Program-made: the position numbers and the translations under genes | Origin: Phaeosaccion multiseriatum | Lineage: Eukaryota > Protista > Ochrophyta, other classes | Length of the DNA stretch: 64,000 bases | NCBI GenBank assembly: GCA_965112735.1 | Contig: OZ218952.1 | Location: forward strand, 4,650,001 to 4,714,000 | Direction: 5' to 3' | Shown here: positions 50,296-64,000 of the stretch, in pieces | How the letters are laid out: every line of letters starts with the position of its first letter | Position numbering within the stretch: the stretch's first letter is position 1 | The notes under the pieces: generated by a model | Told to the model about the DNA's origin: nothing | The model's database searches: none | The model's input: only the letters and a program-made list of their open reading frames with translations

Positions 50296-53200
50296 ATGCC
50301 TTCGTCGAGCAGCAGCACCAGTACTAGCAGCAGCAGGCTGTCAGTGGTCGCCGCGGTGACCTGCCTGTTGGGCAGCGGCATCAGCAGCGCGGATGCCTTC
50401 ACTGCAGTCAGCGGCGCCTTTGCCGGTCGCAGTTTGCAGCAAGCCACCCACCGATGTGCTTCAGCAGCAGCAGCAGGGAGCGCAGGCATGTCTATGCGGG
50501 AAATGCCAAAGGTGAGAGTTATTTGTTATCCTCTGCATCCTACAGGCAGAGCGAGAGAGTGGCGATGGTTCCTCTGCTCAACGGAAGAGCGCGGGCTTCC
50601 CCACACACATAACGTTGACCAAAACCTCACGCGAGCTGAGCCGCGGTCTCTGCTCTGCACTGACGTCCTCCCCCCCCCCTCTGCAGATCGTCATCACAGG
50701 GGTAGGATCGGTGTCAGGCGTGGGCATCGGGGCAGATGCCCACTTCCAGGATCTGCTTAAAGGTGGGTAGGAGGGTAAAGCATCTATCCCCCCCCCCCCC
50801 TGCTAGCAAGAGTACAAGACTCTCCATTCCAGTTCAGTCACTAAGGTGCATTCCTTCACTCACTCACTCGCTCACTCACTGACCCCTCCCCTTTCCCCTC
50901 GCCCCCCTCTCAGGCAAGTCCGGTATCACTAAGATGCCCGAGTGGGCTGACGAGTACCCTTGCCAAGTGGGCGCCATGGTGGACGACAGCTTCAAGCCAG
51001 GGTACGTGGGGGTTGGGAGGAGAGGCAGAGAGGGGAGGGAGGGAGGGAGGGATTAGTGAGTAGCAAGCTCTCTCACTCCTTCCTTCCCTTCCGTGTCTTG
51101 ATCCTCCTTCCCTTCCATCCCGAACTCCACAACCACCTACGTCTCCCACTCACAGAGATTGGATGAACCCCAAGGAGGCCCGGCGACAGGCCAGATACAC
51201 ACACCTCGCCATGGCGGCCACAAAGATTGCACTCGAGGACAGCGCGCTCGACGTAGAAGCCGTCAACAAGGATAAGTTCGGCGTCATCGTTGGTAAGTTA
51301 TGTAAAGTTATATAATAGCGTAGATGCTATGCTTAGTAATTCGTCGGCAAAGAGGGAGGGAAGGAAGGACGCACTGGCAAAGTTCTTTGTGTATGTTGTG
51401 AAGAATCAATCCTGCATGAGTGTTGGAGATGAAGGTCTTCCGCGGATGTGATGTGATGCCTCGTTTCTATTTTTGTCCTCATTACCTCTTCATCCCCAAC
51501 CCCCCCCCCCCCCTACAGGCTCTGGAATCGGCGGGATCGAGTGGTTTGAGCAGAATAGTATCAAGGTAAGAGAGAGGAGGGGAAGTGTGCTTCAAGTCTC
51601 TTGCTACACCCTGTGCTCAACGCGTCAAGACAGGCACTCGTATGCCGCCTCCCTCCCTCCATCCCGTCACTTCTTTAGGACCCTTCCCTTCCATCGTCCT
51701 CTCTTCACTCACTCACTCATTCACCATCCCCCCCCCGCAGTTCCAAGAGGCTGGCGGAGGTAAGGCCGGAGCTGACAGGGTGTCTCCCTTCCTCATCCCC
51801 GCCCTCATCGCGAACACGGCCAGCGGCATCATCGCCATTGACCAAGGCGCCAAGGGACCCAACTTCGGCACTGTGAGTTGGAGTTTGAGCTTGTTGAGAG
51901 TGATTAACGGATCCATCTCGGACTGACGACGAACCGCCCCATTTCATTTTATTTGTCCCCCCCATCCCCTCCTTTCCCTTTGTGTCGATCATCCACAATT
52001 CCGCTGCTGTTCTGACTGTCTTCCGGTCTTCCCAACACGTGGTCTGGTCTTTCTTACTTGTCCATCTCCCTCCCTACCTTGACACGCGCAGGTTTCCGCG
52101 TGCGCCACGGGCACGCACTCCATCGGAACTGCCATGGACTTCATGCTCAAGGGACAGGTAAGTCGTAAGTCTGTCGCTGGTGTCAGGGGGGATGAGTCAG
52201 TCAGCAAGACTTTCTCTCTCTGTTCTCTCCCTCTCTTCTCTCTCTGCCTCTCTCTCTCTCTCGCTCTCTCTCACTCTCTCCCCCTTTCACCCCCCCCCCC
52301 CCTCTCTCTAGGCCGACGTCATGATCGCGGGTGGCTCGGAGGCAGCAATGACCCCTCTTTGCTTTGCAGGTGCGTGTATGTACTTGCGTGTGGGCGGATG
52401 GGTGGCTGCATGTGTGTGTGCTTTCGTGTTCCGTGCTGAATACGACAGTAATGAGCACAGCATACCATACGCACGCCCCGCACTCGCCCATCGTTCTCCT
52501 CTCCTCTCCTACCCTACCATCCACCCCGGCCATACCCCCTGTCTCACACGCGTTCCCTTCCCTTCCCGCATGCCTCCACCCGTCCCATATGCCTCCACCC
52601 AGGCTTCTGCGCCATGCGTGCGATGGTGACCACCTACAACGATAACCCGGAGGCCGCCTCCAGGCCTTTCGACGAGGTACGTCCGCACACATGCACGCAC
52701 GCACCCACGCACCCACGCACCCACGCACCCACACACAGATCTGCAATTGCTCTGCTGCCTGTCTCGCTTGTAGGAGCAGCGCCCCCCCCCCCTTCACTCT
52801 CCTTTATGCGCTCCCTCTCTTGCGGGACATTCGTTGGGCACATTTCTTCCTCCTCCTCGCCTTTGTTATGCTCACCCGTGTGTGTGCTTGTATTTGTGTG
52901 TGTGTATGTGTGTATGTGTGTATGTGCCCCTCTTCTCTTGGGAACACAAGGGCCGCGCGGGATTCGTCATGGGAGAGGGCGCAGGAGTGATCATCATGGA
53001 GACGGAGGAACACGCCAAGGTGAGAGAGACAAAGAGCGAACGTCCAGCGGAGAAGAGGAGAAGGGCTCTCTTCTCAGCAGAGTGACTCGAAGTGACACCT
53101 GACAAGGGCGCGAGCCCCGCCCTGTATATGAAGCAATCGTCCAGCCCTGCACCCCCCCCTCCTCTAACAACCCCTCCGCCATACATTACCATCCTTCTCC

Positions 53201-54503
53201 TCATCATCTTATCGCCATCCTCCTCCTCCTCCGCTCTGTGACTGCCAGGCTCGTGGTGCTACTATTTACTGCGAAGTCGCAGGCTACGGAGCGACTTGCG
53301 ACGCTCACCACATCACCGCGCCCGCACCAGACGGCAACGGTACGATATTATGTATATATAGATGGAATAGATGGAATAGGAGAAAGAGGGAGAGAGGGGG
53401 GGGAGAGAGAAGTAGAGAGGGAGAGAGACACTGAGAGAGACACTGAGAGAGACAGAGAGAGACGCGTCGAAGGGACAGGGTGGGACGATAGCTGAGGACG
53501 GGTGGATGAAGCCGCGGAAGCAGAAGAGACTGCGGAGAATGTGTGTGCCGTGAACAAGTGTTGGGCAAGTGTTGGCAGCGGCATGGGTGGAGCGCCAGTC
53601 TCGGCGTGCGCTGCCGTTCGTTCTTTCTTTCGTTCTCTTCTTCCTCTTACAAAACAACCGGACAACCAACAGGCCTGGCAAGAGCCATCAACATGGCAAT
53701 GGACCAGGGTGAGGTCAAGGCAGAGGACTTTGTGGGCGGTTACGTCAACGCGCACGGCACCTCCACCCCTTACAACGACAAGTTTGAGACCATGGCCATC
53801 AAGCGCGCTCTGGGAGAGGACGTTGCCAAGCAGGCCTACATCAGGTACGTAACATTAGCGAGGTCCAATGAACCGAAAGTGGTAGTGGATGGCGAAGGCT
53901 TGGACTCAGTGGGGGAGGAGACGGGCGGCCCTCATCCCCTCTTCTGAGCACTCCTCACTCCCTCCCCCCCCCCCCCTCCTCCTCCTCCTCCTTCACAGCT
54001 CCACCAAGTCCATGATGGGCCACACGCTGGGCGCTGCTGGCGGTCTGGAGGCCGTGGTGTGTGCACAGGTGCTCAAGAGCAACAAGATCCCCCCCACCAA
54101 GAACCTCGAGAAGCCCCATGTCGAGGACGGATGCGACTTGGAGTACTGCCCAGAGACCATGGTGGAGCCGGTGAGTGAGGGAGGGAAAATAAAACCTTTG
54201 GTCCTTGAAGGGTGAAAGAAGTCAATGCTGGTTGATCATGGGTGGGTGCATAGTGGAATAGTGTATAGTGGAGGGGTCCCTCTTATATGCATATATATAT
54301 ATGCCAACGAATCAATGCGCCATGTGTGTGTGTGCGTCCCGTCCCTCGGTTCTGACACTCACCTTCCGTCCGTGTGTCCGTCCGTCCGTCCTTGCATTAC
54401 TTGTGTGCGTGCGCAGACGGAGAAGATCAAGGTAGCGTTGAGCAACAACTTGGGCTTCGGAGGACACAATGCCGCCCTTGTGTTCAGGGAATACACGGAA
54501 TAG
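50296..54503 (+). CDS. fabF: Plastid beta-ketoacyl-ACP synthase II (FabF/KAS II), multi-exon
   Basis: Signal peptide ...GISSADA-F; [41 protein letters not shown]|[12 protein letters not shown] (Cys), [28 protein letters not shown] (His), [14 protein letters not shown] (His), [10 protein letters not shown]. Confidence 0.97.
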
Positions 54504-54879
54504 GCTTAGCAGCAGCTGCAACCAAGCCAAGGCCAGACAGAGCAAGGGGAGAGCGCTTTGCTTTGCTTTGAAGAGAAGCAGTCTGGAGGGTGTGCGTAAG
54601 AGAGGCTTTTCTTTGGCACCCGTTGGCAAGCGAGGCACGAGTGCGAGGCACGAGAAGAGTATATTCCTATTATGCGTCCCTTTTCTTCCACCCTTCCTCC
54701 TGCCCACCTTTTGCCTTTCTCCCAATAGCATAAGTTATTTGTATAGGGCAACGAGTCACACACATCCACAATGCAGATCTACCCCTGGAGAGGGCTCCCG
54801 AGGTGGTTTTTGTTCACAGAGGCTCGTTGGTACCGTACGTAGTTTTGTTAGAGAGAGACAAACAGTCCTTTACGTTAAT

Positions 54880-56721
54880 TTACTCTTCCTTTAGATGCTC
54901 GACGTATCTACGCATCTCCTCTGCGCCCCACGTAGAGCTGTATGACATGACATCGGGTTGAAGCCCTTCCCTGCGCATTTCGTCGAGCAAGTCAAGTGTC
55001 TTCTCGTGTTCCCCTGCCTTGCCGCAAGCAGCGATGGCAGAGCCGTAAGAGATTTCATTCGGTTGAAGCCCTTCCCTACGCATCTCCTTCAGCAAGTCAA
55101 GCGCCTTCTCGTGCTCTCCTGCCTTGCCACAAGCAGCAATCGCAGAGCTGTACAAGATGACATCAGGCTGAAGCCCTTCCGCCCGCATCTCCTGCAGCAA
55201 GTCAAGCGCCTTCTCGTGCTCTCCTGCCTTACCACAAGCAGTAATAGCAGAGCTGTACGTGATGACGTTGGTTTGAAGTCCTTCCCTTCGCATCTCGTCC
55301 ACCAAATCAAGCGCCTTCTCGTGCTCTCCTGCATTGCTACAAGCAGTAATAGCAGAGCTGTACGAAATTTCATCGGGTTGAAGCCCTTCCCCCCGCATCT
55401 CCTCCAGCAAGCCAAGGGCCTTCTCGTGCTCTTCTGCCCTGCCACAAGCGGTAACCGCAGAGTTGTACGTGATGACATTGGGTTGAAGCCCTTCCCCTCG
55501 CATCTCCTCCAGCAAGTCAAGCGCCTTCTCGTGCTCTCCTGCCTGGCCACAGGCCGCAATCGCAGAGCTGTACGAGATTTCATTGGGATGAAGCCCTTCC
55601 TGCCGCATTTCCTCCAGCAAGTCAAGGGCGCGCTCGTGCTGTCCCCCATTGCCACACGCCGCAATCGCAGAGCTGTACGAGATTTCATTGGGGTGAAGCC
55701 CTTCCCGCCGCATCTCTTTCAACAAGTCAAGTGCCTTCTCATGCTCTCCTGCCTTGCCACAAGCAGTAATGGCAGAGTTGTACGAGACTTCACTGGGCTG
55801 AAGCCCTTCCCTCCGCATCTCCTCCAGCAAGTCCAGGGCCCTCAGGTGCTCTCCTGCATTGCCACATGCAGTAATTGCAGAACTGTATGAAATGACATTG
55901 GGTTGAAGCCCTTCCCGCCGCATCTCCTTCAATAAGTCGAGTGCCTTCTCGTGCTCTCCGGCACGGCCACAAGCAGAAATCGCGGAGCTGTACGAGATGA
56001 CGTTGGGCTGAAGCCCTTCGCTCCGCATCTCCTTCAGCAAGTCAAGTGCCGTCTCGTGCTCTCCTGCTTTGCCACAAGCAGAAATCGCAGAGCTGTACGT
56101 GATGATATCGGGTTGAGCGCCTTCGCTACGCATTTCCTTTAGTAACTCAAGCGCCTTGGCGTGCTTTCCTGCCTTGCCACAAGCAGAAATCGCAGAGCTG
56201 TACGTGATGACGTTGGGTTGCAGACCGCTTGCCTTCATCTCCTCGAGTAGCGCAAGCGCACCCTTCCATCGCCCAGCCTTACCCACTGCAGAAATGGCGG
56301 CGTTATACAGAATGATGTTCATCGGAGTCTCCGTTGCTTTCGCCTCCTCAATCACCCTCGCTACTCCCCTCCAGTCCCGCATATTTCCAAGTCTCTGGAT
56401 CTCCTTGGTCAACGCCATTTGCTTCTGTCGTTCTGTGCGACCACCGCCTCGTCCCTGTCGCGGCCCTCCCGCATTCAGATGATCCCTGTATCCCAGGAGG
56501 CGAAGCGAGTGAGTCACCGGTCGCCGCGCAACTACATGAACCCAGGGGGGGCCTGTGAGGAAGGAGTTCTGTTTTCCCACATGGCGGTGCGCAGGTTGAG
56601 TCCACCTTCCCCTCGAGCTTGTGAAAGCAGCAGCAGGAGCACCACCTCCACGTCCAGCACCAACGCCTTCTCCTCCTCCTCCTGTGGTGTAAATGAAGCC
56701 CGTCACGCTGTTGCCTGGCAT
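54880..56721 (-). CDS. P-class pentatricopeptide repeat protein, 13 tandem 35-aa repeats, uninterrupted ORF (start uncertain)
   Basis: Repeats of (N/D)VITYSSAISACGKAGEHEKALDLLKEMRREGLQP, corresponding to a 105-bp DNA periodicity. Confidence 0.95.
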   Translation of the reverse strand: MPGNSVTGFIYTTGGGGEGVGAGRGGGAPAAAFTSSRGRWTQPAHRHVGKQNSFLTGPPWVHVVARRPVTHSLRLLGYRDHLNAGGPRQGRGGGRTERQKQMALTKEIQRLGNMRDWRGVARVIEEAKATETPMNIILYNAAISAVGKAGRWKGALALLEEMKASGLQPNVITYSSAISACGKAGKHAKALELLKEMRSEGAQPDIITYSSAISACGKAGEHETALDLLKEMRSEGLQPNVISYSSAISACGRAGEHEKALDLLKEMRREGLQPNVISYSSAITACGNAGEHLRALDLLEEMRREGLQPSEVSYNSAITACGKAGEHEKALDLLKEMRREGLHPNEISYSSAIAACGNGGQHERALDLLEEMRQEGLHPNEISYSSAIAACGQAGEHEKALDLLEEMRGEGLQPNVITYNSAVTACGRAEEHEKALGLLEEMRGEGLQPDEISYSSAITACSNAGEHEKALDLVDEMRREGLQTNVITYSSAITACGKAGEHEKALDLLQEMRAEGLQPDVILYSSAIAACGKAGEHEKALDLLKEMRREGLQPNEISYGSAIAACGKAGEHEKTLDLLDEMRREGLQPDVMSYSSTWGAEEMRRYVEHLKEE

Positions 56722-57149
56722 CCGAGATCAAGAGAGACAAAAGAGTAGAGAGGAGAAACAGAGGGGGCGTTGGTTCACCAAACTCACAGGTGGCAGCTAC
56801 ACAGCCCCATTTTTTCTTATTGTACACTATCCTTGTGCGGCTCTCTTCACTAGGGGGGATCGGGCGGCCCCTCTTCACAAAGAGGGGGATGAGGGCAGAG
56901 GTGTGTCTGCAGAGGTGTTGTCCACATCCTATCCACTATAATCCCTACGCGACGATAGGAGACAACAGCAAGCAAACCCAGACATCAGCCCAAGACGTGG
57001 TGCACATAGCTCCTCTGTGCACTGAACCACCTCAATTCTGGTTTCACCAAGACCCCCCTCTTCCTCTTATCGTACTCACACTGCATTCTTTTTTTTTGCC
57101 CTGCTACTGTACGTAAAATTCCCTTGATCATCACTCAGTTGGGTTTCGC

Positions 57150-58535
57150 ATGTGGCCGTGGGCAACGAGAAGCGCCTGGCCCCGGCCGTTTTGTGCGTTT
57201 GTCACGGAACGACTGTGGAGACCCGTGACGACCTTGAGCGTAACAGGGAGGACTGGCACAGCTTCAAGGCCTGGATTGACGACATCAAGGACGGGCAGGT
57301 GCATTCCCATGCGGATACCACGCGAACGGCAGTAGCGCAGCGCCCTCAGAGCCGCGATGCACCCCCCCTTATGTGCCTTGTTTCCGTCCAATCGAAGTGC
57401 TCTCACCTTGGTCAGCTCTATAATGCGGCGGTGGTCGCCCCCACCGGACTGCGGAAAGCCGCCGGGGGTTGCCATGGCGTTGGGGGCCTGCACACGTGAG
57501 TAATTTGACATGAATTGCACCCCTTTAAGGTCGCATTACTGCTCCGCTGGGCTCCCCCTTTTGGCTATTGTCGATCGCTGATGGTTGAGTAGCCCCAGGC
57601 AGTCACCGGTAAGGGGCTCGGGAGGGGCCCTGTCCTCCCAGTGGGGCATCGCCAGCAGCAGCGGGGCGGGGGGGGGGAGCGGGCTCGCGCAGGGAGAGAC
57701 ACTGGAACAGGTCCCTGTCCCCTCCGGTTTATTACAGCGCAGGAGTTGGCCGCAAGGGCGGAGGCCTGCATACCTTACCGGCGCGATGCCCACCGTGCCT
57801 CCGGACGAGCACTCCAGCCCCGGGGGGGTCGGCGAGGGGGGGGGAAGGAGGAGGAGGAGGAGCGGCAGTACCTACCCGAGCGGCGGGGACGAGGCCTTTA
57901 GTGCTCCTCTGCCCCCCCCAGCAATGGCCAAGGATAGAGGAGAAGACGTGCAGGCACAGCAGCAGCCCGGCGGGGTGTCCGGGTACATGAGCAGCGCAGG
58001 CACACGCTCGAGGAGCGGCACGAACATGTCTCTTGACTCGCTCGGCTCCCAACCCTGCCTCAACACGCCCATCCGCCTCAACACGGAGGACGAGCCGCAC
58101 CTGAACCTCAACGGGCCCATTCGCATGAACACGGATGAGGAGATTGACCTCATGTTCAACGGGACCGCCAGGCGGTGGCCGACCATGTGCAGGCCCTGCT
58201 CGCGGGAGCCGGCAGCAGTAGCATCAGCAGCAGAGGAACAGACGGCAGCGGTGGCGGCAGCCGCGGCAAGGCGACAGGGGCAGGGGCAGGGGCAGGCAGT
58301 GGATGACGCGAGGAGAGGCGGCGAGGCGCTGTATGGCGCCCGAGTAGTACAGTTACTTGTCGAGTCCGTGGCCCTCGCTGAGTCGAGGGGGGGCGGGCAG
58401 GGGCGGCAGCTGGCCGTTTCGGCAGCAGTGCAGGAGCGTCACTACCCTCAGGGCCCCTTGAGGGCCTGGCGGGGGCTCCGGTGGTACCCAGTCGTAGTCT
58501 CGTAGAGGGGGGAGTCGGGGATAGTCGGGGACTGA
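57150..58535 (+). pseudogene. Possible degenerate or truncated gene fragment of unknown function, ending at the hAT-type MITE
   Basis: Coding-like exons (..ETRDDLERNREDWHSFKAWIDDIKDGQ|LYNAAVVAPTG..) with GT-AG junctions, and a 306-aa ORF with an internal LNxPIRxNT(E/D)(D/E)E duplication; no clear start and the frame is ambiguous near the 3' end. Confidence 0.3.
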
Positions 58536-58539
58536 CACT

Positions 58540-58955
58540 CAGCCCCATGCACGCCTAGCGGTTTTGCTCTAGAGGCCGCTCACTTTTCAGTCCTAGGCGG
58601 CCTCTAGCCCGCCTCTAGGCAGCCTCCCAGTGACCGTGGGCGCGTGCGTGGTGCCGCCCAAGCAGTGGGCAGCAGCACACCTCTGTAGGCCTGCACACCT
58701 CGTAGGGCCAGCGAGGCGGAAAGAGACAACACGAACCACTACTCCTCACTTCCAATCCCAGCCATGCAATACATTTGCTTAAAACTGACTACTCTTTGCA
58801 CTCTGGGGCACTCCCACCGTCCGCCTACAGTAGTTGGCGTCTGCCCTAGGCGGCGGCATATAAATAGGCCGAGGGCCTACGGCCCTCGCTAGGCCGGGCA
58901 ATTTTCCCAAATAGGCCTAGGAGGCCGCTAGGCGGCGTAGGTGTGCATGGGGCTG
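58540..58955. mobile_element. 416-bp non-autonomous hAT-like element (MITE)
   Basis: 18-bp TIRs CAGCCCCATGCACGCCTA / TAGGTGTGCATGGGGCTG (1 mismatch); 8-bp flanks CTGACACT and GTGACACA (6/8 identical, degenerate TSD); many subterminal CTAGGC/GCCTAG motifs at both ends. Confidence 0.75.
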
Positions 58956-59172
58956 GTGACACACACACACACCCGCTCCAAATCTAACATTCGAAATAAT
59001 TATTCTAAACGTTGGTGCGCGGCCGTCTTGCGAGAGGACACACTTCAACCTCACGGTTGGGAATTTATCGTCCACACAACACAACACAACACAACACAAC
59101 ACAACACAACACAACACAACACAACACACCACAACACACCTGCTGCTTGCTTAGTGAAGGGGGGAAAGGATC

Positions 59173-63942
<4,770 letters not shown>

Positions 63943-64000
63943 GTAAGAGTAAGGGGCAGTAGGGTACTGCTTGATACCTTTATCGCTCTCCATTCTCTCT

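Noticed and set aside
54958-55890. 310-aa repetitive ORF on the plus strand
   Set aside because: Antisense shadow of the 105-bp PPR repeats.
467-56721. Organellar RNA-metabolism 'cluster' (SUV3, HSD17B10/MRPP2, CRM, PPR)
   Set aside because: The genes are 10-25 kb apart, interspersed with unrelated genes and aimed at different organelles; chance is sufficient.
57415-57460. AVVAPTG resembling PIF1/Helitron helicase motif Ia
   Set aside because: No Walker A/B or Rep motifs nearby; too short to support a Helitron call.

Overview
GC-rich, intron-dense, microsatellite-laden eukaryotic nuclear DNA. Bipartite signal-peptide + 'AF/GF' plastid-targeting N-termini and centriole/cilium genes point to a flagellated photosynthetic stramenopile (ochrophyte alga). 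I reconstructed about 16 genes by hand from GT-AG splice sites: SUV3 helicase, CEP95-like, two ankyrin proteins, an ARM-repeat cytosolic carboxypeptidase (CCP1-like), Rieske ISP, HSD17B10, a myristoylated SAM-TIR protein, a plastid Rossmann-fold protein, a PNPOx-like FMN protein, a CRM/YhbY protein, a CRAL-TRIO protein ending in CaaX, FabH and FabF head-to-head, an intronless PPR gene and a RING-like/coiled-coil unknown. There are also two MITEs (Tc1/mariner-type and hAT-type) and several minisatellites. The most notable items are: (1) a 12-exon SAM-TIR gene, invisible in the ORF track, with an intact catalytic Glu and an unassigned C-terminal repeat pair, a candidate SARM1-like immune or cell-death NADase; (2) a dispersed TGGTGATAC motif present 12 times in exons (several frames) and introns, usually beside CAG runs; (3) the divergent FabH/FabF pair; (4) microsatellites that grow directly out of 5' splice sites. 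All gene models are manual and have not been checked against transcripts or databases.
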